DNA of 64,000 nucleotides from positions 446,395-510,394 of the forward strand of contig RDEW01000001.1 in NCBI GenBank assembly GCA_011109175.1, written 5' to 3'. A program made the position numbers and the translations under genes. The notes under the pieces are model-generated. The model made no database searches. It saw only the letters and a program-made list of their open reading frames with translations, and was not told where the DNA came from. Shown here piece by piece: positions 37,701 to 50,439 of the stretch; within the stretch, counting starts at the first letter, position 1; the number at the start of each line of letters is the position of its first letter. Source of the stretch: Dicyema japonicum (Eukaryota > Animalia > Dicyemida).

Positions 37701-38470
37701 CTCCTCAACTCTTTGAGGTCCCGTTTGGGAACACGGAGTTTACTAATTAGCCTTTTACTAGAGGCGGTGCTTTTCTTCTAACCCCTCTCGCCACACTACT
37801 TATGTGCCCCTCCAGTGCTTCCAGCTCAGTCTGTCTCCAAGCAATCTTGGCACAGATCTGTTCCCTCCATTTACTGGGTAGTCTGGTGATCTGTGCTGCA
37901 TACAGCACTAGGGAGATGTCACCCAGTGACCCTACTGGCTTAGCCTCCATCGCATAAGCCACAGCCTTATTGATACAGGTTAACACTACTCCGTTAACTT
38001 TACAATGAGGGATCTTGCGGGTAAATCTACGGTCCTCAAGTGGGACATCTGCAGCTGCAGCGAGATTCCGCGCAAAGACCTCATAAACATGCTTGAGCTG
38101 CAACGTATCACAGCTCTGGTGCTCGTGCTCTCTTTGACAGTTGTGGTCATCTGGTCCCCGCCCATTTGAACCAGTACCCTCTTTGCCTACAGCCATTTTA
38201 TTGAGTTCACTCACAGATATAGCAGTACTGAATCTGCCACTGCAGAGTTTCGCCAAGTATGGCCAACCATTCCAGGGCATTCGGGATAGCCTGCTACGTA
38301 CCTGCAGGACTACCTGCCTCACCCATTCTTTTGGGTCAGCTGCCACAACGCTTTCGGATATGGCAAGAGTAATATTCATACCATCAGGTAACGCAAGTGA
38401 CCTTTCTCTTTTTTTCCTTTCAACATTTTTACCAACTTTGAGAGTTTTAACGCCACCGAAATATAAATTA
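34745..38470 (-). mobile_element. R4/NeSL-type RLE non-LTR retrotransposon, near full length, interrupted by a SINE
   Basis: GAKEQALINKCL, WVDVKKAYDSV, FQGDNVSASL, HLLFIDDLK, RLYLPRDKFGRGL, CPHC..VDHLATRC zinc knuckle, HNKPDIVVHDK...IEVGITSQD..EKKRKY restriction-like endonuclease. Confidence 0.93.
37190..37507 (+). mobile_element. tRNA-derived SINE, ~320 bp, copy 1
   Basis: A box TGGCTTAGTGG, B box GGTTCGAAT (37235), (TTA)n tail; flanked by ATACTACCC(C)ATG at 37179-37190 and 37508-37520; splits the RLE element ORF. Confidence 0.9.
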
Positions 38471-38879
38471 ATAAATTAATTAAAGTTACTTTGTGAGTAT
38501 CACGTGACTTATCAAATAATGACTATATTAGGATTACTTCCTTTGAACAATTTGAGTCTGTAATAAACGATCAATACATGTGAGTTCAATTATAATACTA
38601 GTGATCTTGTCATTATCTTCTTTACGTCCCCATAACTGGCCAGTGTCAGCAAATGAGGGATATTTTAACTGAACTAGACGAAGACAAGGTGATGTACAAC
38701 AGAGTCATCCTTGAAGTAGTCATCTGGTATCATTTCAGGTCCCTTCGGAGGAAATGATTCCTTTGTCTCAGAAATACTAAGTGAAGGTGGCCCCAACAGT
38801 GATATATGTCAGAGTTTGGGAATTTTGTTATTAAAGGGTGGATTTGAATTTGACAGAGTGGAAGGTTTCGATACCTTCG

Positions 38880-40920
38880 ACTGACTCCGTCTTCTCCCAC
38901 TCCCGTCTTTCCAAACTATCACGTCATCAGGCGCGACCGCCCAGCTGGGCGGGGTGGAGGACTGCTTACCCTTATCAAAAAAGAAATTCCGTACGCAAAC
39001 GAAACTTTTGTCAACCTCAAGTCTCCGACGTATATATTGGTATTTCAGTCAAGACAAGCATCGGAAACATAAACATATTGAATGTGTATGTGCCACCGCC
39101 CAACTCTTGCCCCAAGGAATTCAGGTTCTCCCTGTCAGACATCGACAAATCAAAAAATATGTTACTTTGTGGAGACCTAAACGCAAAGCATCCGACATGG
39201 TTCAAGAACCAACCATGCGATGTCAGAGGAAACCAATTGTTATCGAATCTGGATGACCTGATAATATTAAACAACCCTACATTCAATACAAGGATTCCCT
39301 ATAGAGCGAATGACATGACATCGTCCCCCGATCTTACTCTTGCCTCACCAAACATCGCAACATTAACAAAATGGACAGTACTATACGAGACCAGCAGTGA
39401 CCATAATCCCGTTATGATTACGTTTGAAGGAAGAGTGTCAATTGTAAAGAAACCTGTTTTATTTACCGACTACAAAAATGTCGACTGGAAAAAGTTCTCA
39501 AATTTTGTCGACTATTATCTACTTGACTTTCATTTATCCAATTTCAACTCCATCGATAAAGCACTACACTATTTTATTCCCTGTGGTCCGGACGGAATCC
39601 CTGCAATAGTTCTGAAAAACATAGGCCCCTATGCTATCATGGACCTCACAAAATTTTTCAACTTTTCAATCAACGAAAATTGTATTCCTTCCATATGGAA
39701 GCTATCAAACATACGACCTATTATGAAACCCGGGGGACCAAAGGGATCACCAGCCTCATACAGACCAATATCTCTCCTATGTGTTACATCAAAAGCTGAT
39801 TCTTGAACTAATCAAACCATACCTTCCTGATGCACCTTTTCAACACGGATTCAGAAAAAACTCCACAGAAACGCATCTTACATGCCTTACAAATTTCATC
39901 AAGGATGGACTAAAGCGCAAACCTCATCAGAAGTCTTTGTTATGCTCCATCGATATAGAAAAGGCTTTTGATACTTTCCCAAGAAAGTTTTTGATAAGGA
40001 AGATCTTTACGTCAAAAATTCCAAACAACCTGAAAATCTGGATCGCTAATTTCCTAAATGGAAGAAGAGGAAGAGTAACTGCTTGAAAAACTAGATCAGT
40101 GACCAAGTTCCTTCCAAATAAGATCCCTCAAGGATCTCCACTTTCACCACACCTATTCAACCTATTCCTCCCTTACCAGTGACGATACTCTGGTTTGACA
40201 TATGCGGATGATATAATCGTCGCAGTCAAAGAACAGTGCGTTAATACTGCTGTTTACCGGATACAAGCTTCATTGGAAGATCTGAACTGTTGGCTCGTTA
40301 AGAACATTCTACATACAAGTCTCGAAAAGTCTTATACAATAATTTTCACAACAAACAGAAGATTGACAAACTCCGCTTCATGTGTAGCCATAAATGGAAA
40401 CTCAATCCCCACGACCAACTCGGTCAAGATACTGGGCGTAACTTACGACCCACTCTTGACCTTCAGCAAACACATCGACAACGTCATCTCTTGGGCACAA
40501 CGAAAGCTAAATTTTGTTAAAACACTCCTTGGACAATATAATGAGTGTTTCAACTCAAATTTGGACTCGCTCTACGTGCAGTATATTCAACCGTCTCTAA
40601 CTTACGGGTGTGCAGCATGGGGAACCAACCTATCAAACAGGAATAAAGAAAAAATCAATACCTTCCAAAAAATAAGGCTTTGCAAAGGTTTTCTTGGACA
40701 CCTCTAAACCCTATACCCTTTGAGGAATTAGTGAGGAAAACCGGAGCCTTACTACCCTCCAAAAAAGTTAGAAAACCCCGCCCAATCCGGAAATGCGTTG
40801 GAACCCAGGAAGAACATCGAGCAAGAATGAGATGGCTACTCGAGGCGGCCGGAATCACCTGACGGCTATGTAGTTAATTAATTAATTTGTCGGTGATTTT
40901 TGGTTTTTAATAATAATAAT
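38880..40920 (+). mobile_element. Ingi/Vingi-like element, 5'-truncated with an internal deletion, (TAA)n tail
   Basis: ILNVYVPPP, LCGDLNAKHPTW, TSSPDLTLAS, SSDHNPV, SYRPISLL, QHGFRK, SIDIEKAFD, YADD, KILGVTYD. Confidence 0.9.
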
Positions 40921-41399
40921 TTGAACCGAATAATCTTTATCATAAACAATCTTGTATAATTAATTGAGAAAATCTTTATTATAAACAATCTTTTAAAAGC
41001 CCCACTTCATGGCTATTCTTTCTCACAATAGCGTGCCAACTCGCTCGAATAGCCGACGTTCACTGAAATCGTCAGAACGGAATGAAATCTGACTACCAAG
41101 TCGAACAATAAATTCCTTTTCGAAAATCTCATGGTAACGCAAGTATCCTCAGCAAGTGGAATAAATTAATTCATCTGGTACGTCAGCATACTTATCTTAG
41201 CACATGAAGAATTTAAGATCAGAAAAAAGCACGATTCAAACCAGAATACTTCGACCAGGTTGAAAGCAATGTGGAATTAAACAAACAGCGAATCACAACA
41301 GAACTAACCACAACAGTCCGGTTCTAGAATGATTATTAACTGTTTTTATTTGGATTAAAATATATTTAATACAAATATAAATGAATAAAATTTCATTTA

Positions 41400-41780
41400 G
41401 AATTCAAATCCATATTCATGGCTTTGTGGAACCCTTCCATAACATACTTTCTAGTCTCTTCATTAGCCATGAGTCGCTCAGTCTCAGATTGTATGTCCTT
41501 CTTCCCAATTACAAACTCTTTTTTATTATTTGGAGACAGTTGCCTCCATATTTTCTTTTTCTCCTTATGTAATACGACACAGACTCTTCCGCCAGATAAG
41601 AACTCGGAATAAAGTGAGAAATACCTTTATTGAACTTTTATTGGGTTCTACAGCACGTGAAAGCAAAATCTTTAGACTGTGGGAGTCCAATGACACTTCC
41701 ACTAGGTCGGGCTTGTTGTGGGTTAAAGATATTTTGTTTGAGTCATATTCGAAGTCTGGTTTAATGTAAATTTTTATCTG
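41400..41780 (-). mobile_element. RLE endonuclease domain fragment (R4/Dong-like)
   Basis: Minus-strand IYIKPDFEYDSNKISLTHNKPDLV; remainder decayed. Confidence 0.55.
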
Positions 41781-42199
41781 GTCTTCTGTTTGATCCCAAA
41801 CTTAAAAATAAGCAATATTATACAGTAAGATTTTATAGGATTATGCATTTTGGATTAGTTCACGCAACACGAAACAAAGCAATACAGGTTTTTAAGTTTT
41901 GATAATTTATTTAAAATTAATTTTAATATGTTTTTAATTATTTTAATTTTATTACAAATTGATGAGATTTTGTCCTAATAAGATGAACAACACGCATAAA
42001 GTTTCTTGAAGTTTGCAGCAACTTTTTTTTACTTTAGGAAAGAGATTAAGAAGAGAGACAGTCGAATTAAAGCAAAAAACGACATTTTCCTCTTTAACAT
42101 ATCTGAAAAATCCTCGGGTGATTTTTGACATGCAAATGTTATTTACGCCTTATGTTAAAAGTTGTAGCCAGACACGAAACGAGGACTAAATGTCTCTCG

Positions 42200-42750
42200 T
42201 GGATGTGAACCTTCCTATGAAGAGTCTTCAGATCTTAGAGCTTAGCAGTTTCATTTTTATCCTAGACAAGTCATAGTTTAGCACAGTTGGTAAGGTTGTT
42301 CCCGTCTCTCTCAATAATTTTAAGTAATTGTGGCCGTGAAGTAATTCTCCATCTTATAGTTGGCGGTAGTTGAAGTATCCAACCGTAGAACATTTCCATA
42401 GAGTTTTAACCGGTCTTAGAGGATTATCTCCGACAGTTTTCTGACCTTGTTGAGGAGATCTATTTGTTAAATTCCTTCTTGTCCTCAATGACAATTTGTA
42501 GTCATGGCCAGTTGAGTACCAACTATCTCTAGGAGAAAACATTGTACGTTAGAATCCAAATGCTTCGAATCCTTAATCCGTATGAACCAATGGAGGCGCA
42601 TCGGACAAAATGAAATCTCTGCTTGAGCAAGTTGGGATCACGTTTGTAGTTAGTTTGATGTTATCGTGGTCTTGGAAATTTCCTTTGACTGATCTTTACG
42701 AATACTGACCTTAAGTGCTTCCCTATTAGATTCATGAAAGTGACAGCTAT
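42200..42750 (-). mobile_element. RTE-X-like C-terminal remnant
   Basis: LYGNVLRLD, MENYF and TTLPTVLNYDL, collinear with 12750-12950. Confidence 0.65.
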
Positions 42751-43322
42751 TTTACGCGTACTACTTAATATCCGATGATCTCCTACAAGTTAGTAAAGTG
42801 TAGGTTACGTATCTAACGATCTTTTTTATTATCGTTGGTTTTTTTTCATTTTACGAGACTGAAAGTAAATAATTTCAGTAAAAATCTGTTGCGCTAAGTG
42901 TCCTCATTTTAGTTGGATATGACTCGTTTCCTTTCTTAGAAAACATTGAATTTTAAAAAATAATTTCAGGTGTCGAATCCTCCTTGCCTAAATTGGGGGA
43001 ACTTTGATAAGTCTGTCTTTATGAGTAACTGGACAGTTTGGATCTCATTTTTGATTATTTCCGAATTCAGGTACTTCCCTAATTCACGGAACACTTTCTT
43101 TCGGAATTAGATTTAATGAAATAATCGTTTGTGGAGTCTCGTGGGTGGTGGTTGTAGATTCTTTATAAAACTATCAAAATACGTTTAGAATAAACTTCTT
43201 TGAAATTCACATGAAAATATTCTGTAGCTCAGAGGTCAACACTTCAGAGGTTGCGTTACCAAGATTATAGAAGACTTGATCCAAAATCATCGAAAATATC
43301 GGTAACTTTGTGAAGAAAGCTT

Positions 43323-43642
43323 AATAATAACAGCCTATTCACGAGAGCCATAATATTTATAGCTCCGCATAGGCAGGACACACACTTTATTTAAGTAAAG
43401 AACAGTTAATTTTAACTAATCGTAAAACCAAGGAATGATCTTTACTTCTTTTTTTCTTTTTCTTGTGTGTGGGTCCTTTCTAGACAATCCAGTTCCGCAG
43501 TGAGTATCCACTGATGACGGCGTCACTCGTCAAACCCTTTTAGCATCGTAAATGCGTGGAACCTTCCACCAGGTGAACAACAGCAAGAATCGAACCCGTA
43601 ACCTAAGTCACTTTAGCCCGACACCTAACCACTATGTCACCC
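43323..43642 (-). mobile_element. tRNA-derived SINE, copy 2, 18-bp target-site duplication
   Basis: Full-length reverse-complement match to 37190-37507; B box GGTTCGATTC; ACTTTGTGAAGAAAGCTT at 43305-43322 and 43643-43660. Confidence 0.93.
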
Positions 43643-44049
43643 ACTTTGTGAAGAAAGCTTTTTTAGAATAAATGATAATTGTTTCCGCGATGGAAGCCAA
43701 GAGACTAAAACGTCAGGAGCAAGTGCTCAGAACGAGTTATTCTAGGGTCCTCATTGTTTCTCTGTCGAGGGTAGTCTCCGAAAGATATCCATCTAGAAGA
43801 TCTTCTAACCAAAGATATCCAAGGCTTTAGTAGAGATGTGGTCATGTAATGCTTTAACTTGATCTTATCGAGAAGTGGCTGAGGATTTTCAGCCAATTCA
43901 CGAAACAAGTTAGTTATGGTCAAAATTATCTTTCTGCAGTTTTTTGTGTGAGTTAGAAAGGATGGTCTGGTTCCGTGTTTCGTTTAAAATTTTGAGATTA
44001 CTCATCATGAGGTTATCTTAAACGATGAGAATGGTGAATTCCCAGTGGA

Positions 44050-44500
44050 GGTGGTCGGATGGTGTGAATTAGTTGCATCCAGTAATCATTCGAAGAGTTC
44101 CATTTGGATACTTTGAAGTTTTTGGATGTTGCAGGCTTAGAGGAATGAGATCCAGGAGGGCTCATGTAGTTCAAGATGGTTCTGATATATCGTTTGTAGA
44201 TTATTCTGAAGGTTTACTTGTCCTGGCTGAGATAGAACCGGCCACCTCGCAAGTCTAAGGAATTGAAAGGGGAGGAGAGGTGATTGGTTAATAACTAAGA
44301 CTATGGAATCCAAGTGTGTATGAAGACGGGCTGGGGAAAAGTTAATGTTTCTATCCCTAGACGCGAAGATCAAGTAATCCGCATATACCAGCGTATCTTT
44401 CAGTTGGGGTATGCTACTCAGGTGGAGTTGAATAAAGCCAGAGAGAGGGCAGACCCTTGAGGGATACCGTGTGGGAAAATAGAGAAAGAGATTTCTTTGA
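44050..44500 (-). mobile_element. Ingi/Vingi-like RT fragment
   Basis: FPHGIPQGSALSLALFN and .YADYLIFASRDRN remnants. Confidence 0.65.
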
Positions 44501-44899
44501 CATAATAATAAAATTCTAGACTATTTGTTCAGATAAAATCAACTTTTTTTTTAATAAAAATATATAATTTAAGCATGTTTGTGAGTTTAAACGATTAAAA
44601 AACAGAATTGTCAATAATAAGATGATTGAATAAAGAAAAACAATCAAATCTATTTAATATGTAGCAATTCGTTGCAGTAACATGTTTTTAAAACGACGTG
44701 CCTACTCAACCAACAAAGTTAAAATTTTATAGTTCGTTATAAAACATTTTTCATTAAGGATTGTTGCATTCTTGTATTCACACAAAAGCTAAATATTAAA
44801 AATGATGCTCACTTTCAGTTATTAATTTTTTTTATCTTTCACTCTTTTTTTTTTTTTAAACAAAAATTTATTAACAATAAAATATTATTTATTAACTAT

Positions 44900-45635
44900 G
44901 GGGGAGAGCGGCTGCTGACATCACAGAGTAAGCGTTTCCGCGAACAACTGCGATACCAATTCTTTGCCTCAGCCAGACCGCTTCCCGCACGTCTTTCTTG
45001 CGGTGGGCCAACTTTCCCCGATTTCCTTTAGGAAAGAGGCTGTAATACTTCCAGCCGCACCAGACGTCTCGATTGCTACCGGTACAAAACGGTAGCGGTC
45101 TTCAATTTCGCCATATTTTTTAATTTTGATTTTCTCGGCCAGATCGGCTGCCGATCCAGCAGACTGCGCCGAGCTGAGCATCATCGAGTTCGAGAAAGAG
45201 TCCACAACAGTGCAGTCCCATACGAGCGATTTTCCCTCAGTGAACGGAAAGATAGTTAATCCATCCGGTCTTTTCCCATCTCCGCGGTCCAATCCCACAG
45301 GTTCCAATACTGCCGGGAAGCCTGCCGCTTCAAGAGCTCGAAAGACAATGTTGTTCATAGCAGCATGGCGGGGTGCTCTGCCCGCACTCCTTTTGCACGA
45401 GAGCGGGTGCAGCCCTTTGGCATCGACGATCCCTCCACAGCGACATTGGTGTTCGACGCAAACATCAGCTCCCAGGCGTTGTGCGATTCCAATCCGGAAT
45501 ACAGTCATCGTCCAATAGGGTCCCCATGGAGGAAGACGGGAGTGCATCCAGCCACGCTCCGCTCCATGGTTGGCGGCGGACACGAGGCATGCAAGACGAT
45601 GCTGGTTGGCCTCAGACTCTTTCACTCTAAATAAA
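44900..45635 (-). mobile_element. CRE-clade RLE non-LTR element, 3' portion
   Basis: ORF 44969..45625: CRCG...GLHPLSCKRSAGRAPRHAAMN, GDGKRPDGLTIFPF, WDCTVVDSF, EKIKIKKY; terminal GIAVVRGNA. Confidence 0.88.
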
Positions 45636-45989
45636 GAATCCCAAAATCACAGAAACTGATTGTGACAAACTTCAGGAGGAAAATCCGGCCGAAACTACGG
45701 AAACATACAAAAAGGTAGTGTTTTTCAATTTGCAGCGTTTGGATGAGTTCAATTTATCACGTATAAAACTACAACAAAAAATAGAAGAATTGAATTTAAC
45801 CAAGAAATTATATAGTTGAATGACTAACAATTATATCGACTTTAAATGGGATTTTGGAAACAAAAAGAAAACTACAAAGTCCCTCTAATTGGCCAACATT
45901 TAAATTAGACAATTCTCAAATTGGCTACAAATTAGTTAAAAAACATAAATTTATTTGTACTAATCTTTTTCAATTAATTAAAAAAAGCA

Positions 45990-46320
45990 GTAACAGCGCT
46001 TCCGTGGAGTTATTGAGAAAGAAGCACCCTGCTCCACCACCGAACAAGCGGAACTTGACAATGGTCCCGGAACTTGACAATGGTCCCTCGTCCTTGGGAG
46101 GAATTCGCTGATCAAATCACTTTCAGGATTCCACGGATTTTCAGGGATATCAATATTAGTTCGACATTACAAATGATGCTGCTCATCCGAGATACGAGAC
46201 CTTGTACCTCCTTCCCGCAATTACGGCATCTGGCTCGACTCCCGCTCTTTCCAGGAATAATACGTTTATCGAAGTGAACCCACAAGGCATCACGCTTTCT
46301 TCTAGACATTAAAAATTTAA
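45990..46320 (-). mobile_element. hAT-type transposase N-terminus (BED-like finger) fragment
   Basis: MSRRKRDALWVHFDKR...RARCRNCGKEVQGLVSRM; 19-bp tandem duplication at 46050-46087. Confidence 0.6.
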
Positions 46321-46599
46321 ATAATTTTTTTGATTTTTTAATAATTTAAATCATTGATTTTTTTGATTAAAATCAAATGATCCGTCTCGCGCCTACAGTT
46401 CCACAGCATTGGAAGCAAACTCGCCTCAAAAAGGTGCGAGCCACGGGAGGGACTCTGGTTGAGGCAGAGGCTCTAAATGGCGATTATCAGAGGAAACGCC
46501 TTCGCCATTCTGTCGCCCTAATTATTGTCTAAATTAATTTATTTGTTGTTAATAAAATGGCTGACATTAAAAAAATTAAAATTTTAAACTAAAAATTTT

Positions 46600-46930
46600 A
46601 CCATGTGTTCGAAAACTTCTCGTTGCAAGGTTTGATTGTTACCAAAAACTCGAAATTTTTAGATATAAAGATGAGAATAATACTACATCGTGCCAAACAA
46701 TCGCTCACAGATTTTCTGATTTATTTAATATTCGAATTTCAAGAAAAACAGTGATTCCCGAGAGTCCATATTAAAGATGCTTTGTTAAATGATGCACTAA
46801 TATCAAATAAAGCACAAAATAATACTGAAAAGTTATCAATTTGTCATTTCAAGAATTCAAAAGGAATTCTTAAAAAGAAATTAAAAACATTTCTTACAAG
46901 ATTCAAAAAGACATGGTTTTCGAATGCATA
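46600..46930 (+). mobile_element. Possible pogo/Tigger-like transposase remnant
   Basis: CQTIAHRFSDLFNIRISRKTV and HFKNSKG..KK...RFKK resemble CENP-B-type helix-turn-helix segments; very decayed. Confidence 0.35.
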
Positions 46931-47499
46931 AATTACACGGGGAAATGATAACTAACAGGATTTGTACATCGATCGGGTTTCAATTGTTATGTACAAATAT
47001 GTCTCTTTATTATTTCCAATCAAAGAAAGAATAAAAATTAACCTGCACCATCTTAACGCTTGGATAATAGACAACCGGCTCATGGTGAATGCAGAAAAGT
47101 CATCCACGTCCTTTTTTACCTCTGACAAAATATTCTGTATCTACATTTGTTCTCTTCCAAGAATATGTCCTAACCTCAGGACTGAACAGAAGCAACAATC
47201 CAGCTACTTCATTCTTTCATAGTAATTTGATTGTTTTGGAGTTATCTTGAATTAAATAATATAAAAGATAATCTGTAACCTAGTCATGCATTTGACTTGT
47301 TATCTCAGCTTGTCTTTCTCTACAAGCATCCCCCATATAGCACATGCGTCATCTTTTCCATGAATATTGTATTGAACAGGGAGAACTTAATTATATGAAC
47401 CGAAAGAAGCGTAATAATTTGAGTATCTGCAAAAAAGGGGACATCAGAGAGGCCTTAAAATAATCCCAAATATAGAACATCTCGTAAACCTCCACCAAA

Positions 47500-48250
47500 G
47501 TCAAGGGTCTTTTAATAAAAATTACTCTTTCAAGCTCCTATATCGTCAGCCAACATTCTCATAGAGTCTTCCGCGGTTTCAAATTCCTTTCAGCGTTTAG
47601 GTCATTATTCAGTACATCTGGAAGAGTTAATCTTTGTCTTCCACGAACACATCCATGTAAAGAAAACTAATCTATACAAAACAAATCCAACGCATCTCCC
47701 TTACCTAGTAACTACCGTATAGCTATGAAAAAGACCAAATTTGTTGTTTGGGGTGAAAAATTTCATCAAATATTTATCGACGTTTAAGACAAAGATAGAA
47801 TCTGATTCTTTAATAAATTTAATTAAAAGTTTTGATTCGATTTTCAGGGTCATCAATCTCTCTATCACATCTGATTGTTGTTTCATGAGTTCAAGAGATT
47901 GTGAAATGATTCCTATTTCATCCCAAGACCTCTGAGAAAGTTCCTATGTTAAGGAGAACTATTCCAACTTCTCCCATTGTGTTTTCAAGTGTATATCTGT
48001 GATGATAGCCAACACATGAAGCACACGGAGAAAGAAAATCAAGGAGCGAAATGTCGGCCGCAAATCTGAGACAAAAGTCACCCTGAGGATACTTCTTCCA
48101 GCCTATATTGTTGAGTCTGACATTGAGAGTAAAGACTTTAGTGTTGAATCGTTGGTGCTTAAGATATCCCAATGCCTAAAGGCTGGCAAGAATCTCAGAA
48201 CGAAAAGTAACTTGGGGTTAAAAGAAAGAAGAATGACACCTGTGAATCAA
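47500..48250 (-). mobile_element. RTE-X-like remnant
   Basis: VRGRQR.TLPDVLNNDL at the 3' end and a ST..V..HRY-like RT segment. Confidence 0.5.
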
Positions 48251-48639
48251 GATCCTCAGCCTAGTAGAGTCCTTCGAGAAAAGATCACTCCTAAGACCCC
48301 AGTCATTAAAATAAACTTAAAGGAAAGACGATTCACCAACGTCAGTTATATTTGCATCAGTAAACTGATCTTTATTTTTATTTATTAACAGGCTTACAAT
48401 CTTTGATAAGCCCAGCACAAACAGTAATAACTAATTAATCAAAAAGTCTACTGGAGGGTTTTCCACAGCTGCAAGAAATGGAAGTCTTTCTTTGTTGATT
48501 CCGGATGGACTGTTTCTGTAGAAGTGGAAACTGAATGCACTTAACTAGTTGTTTACTTTAACTTCTTTCTCGGTGTATCTGGGGTTAATAAATCAATTAA
48601 ATTATATTTAATCAAAAAAGGAACCCAAGAGAGAACGTC

Positions 48640-49600
48640 TGCCTGTGCCAACAAATTCCATCCTTCAATAGTTCATCACATTAGAGCTATCCTCTTGTAA
48701 TTTTCATCACACGTCCTACCATCGCGGACATCCCTTCATTCTTCGGCGGAGGTTTTCATAATAGTAATTTACACAGGTTGAGATGGTCAGAGAGAAAGCA
48801 GGAAAGATCTCTTTCAGCAACTGTGTAGTGCCAGAAGTACTTTTTGCCTCACGGACGGGATCTGATTGACGAGAATCGACCTTCGATGAAAAATCCATCT
48901 TTCTAAATTCGAACCCACGACTGTCAGATCCATGTCATCAGACGTTATGTTCATCCAAGGTCTAAGATGATTGATAACGAATTACAGATTTCGTCCGACC
49001 TCACCCGTAGCATTCAAGATGAGATATTTGATGTGACAGAGACGGAGTACATCAAATCCGTCGTTGCTGCGACTAAGTAGAATTCGGCCTTCGTTACGAG
49101 AAATCCAAGTTTCCAGAGATTGAACAATAGCCCGCAGGTCTTCTGATGCACCTTGATGTTTAGGCATCAACAAGCAAAAAGTATTCAAGTGATGGCAAAA
49201 CTATCATTATAGGTAAGAAGTCGGAGGGCGGTCCTCATGTCACAGTTTTAAGCCAATTCGTTCCTTGAGACCTGATTCCGGTCCGACTGAGCTTTTGGAG
49301 GGCAAGGTATATCCGAAATCACACGCTTGTCAGAAGAAATCTGCAAATGGAACTTTTATGATGTACCAGATTGATTTTCCAGACTGATCTAGCTCTTGTA
49401 GCCTCCAAGAAAATATGAGACAAAAAAACATCAACTACTGTCTATCTCAAAATAACAAGAGAAGATCGTTAATAAAACGGCTGAGGCTGGAAGAGGCCTC
49501 TTGTATTTCTGATGTGTGCTCATTTCTATGGAGGTGATTGAGTCTGGGCCCTTGGAGTTTAGTTGCGGGACATTGAGATTGGTTCTCTGATTTCATCCCA
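48640..49600 (-). mobile_element. Ingi/Vingi-like endonuclease-domain remnant
   Basis: QLNSKG, DLNT...KH and GSD..G segments in the same order as in the 31790 element. Confidence 0.5.
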
Positions 49601-49829
49601 GGTAAATCTAGTCATATAATTTTTCGGTTTAATCCTCTGGTAGTAATTTTGGTTGGATATAGAAGATAATATTTCATTAAAGAGAATGAGGACTTTGGAT
49701 GAGTTTCTTTTGACATTATAGATTCTAGAGATATCAGCATTATCCTCGTAAGACTATTACTTTTTTAATCATTTTTTTATTTTTGTGTTTAAAAGAAAAA
49801 AAGAATTTTGCCCATTGTGGCGAATAATT

Positions 49830-50100
49830 TATCTTCTCCAAGATTGGTGCAATTACCGATGAAATAATCTCTTTGGAAGGCACGTGTCGTGATATTCTAT
49901 TAAAAGCTTTGCATATATCGATAGAGGTGGTTTATGGTTATTAAATTCATTGATAAAATTATTTTAGTCAGGTGGGGGTAGTTGAATGTTGTGGAAGAAA
50001 TCCATGTTGTGATTTTGATAGATTGATAAATTGGTAGATGTGGTTAAGCACAAATTTTGGATATGACAAAAAGAAGAAAAATAGGACAAAAAGATCTTGG
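49830..50100 (-). mobile_element. Non-LTR RT fragment
   Basis: LSKSQHGFLPQHSTT and SIDICKAFN. Confidence 0.6.
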
Positions 50101-50439
50101 ATCACGTGAACTTGTTCAATTTCAGAATAGGAATGATTGTTGACTATTTCCATAAGACGGGGATAAATACTTAGTCTAGAGAAGCAGTGAAAACTTTTTC
50201 GAGACCGCTTAGCCCTTTTGGGCAGAGGTAACTAAAAATTCAATTCAGTCCTTTAGATGACTTGTTTGTCATTTTTATTAACATCACACTTCCATTATAG
50301 TTATTTTAAGTTGGTATATTAATTTGATCTCCTGGTGTTGTGTGCTTTTGTGGTGCGTAATTGTATCGTAAATTGATAATTACCTCGGACCTGAACTAAG
50401 AATTACCACTGAACCTCATCATGGAGCGACGTAACATCA

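Noticed and set aside
43500-43540. Hammerhead ribozyme in the antisense SINE body (CTGATGA)
   Set aside because: No GAAA after a stem II (TCAAA instead) and stems I and III do not form.
50327-50360. TTTTGTGGTG resembling the L3/P3 of the 31790 ribozyme
   Set aside because: No P1, P2 or P4 partners nearby.
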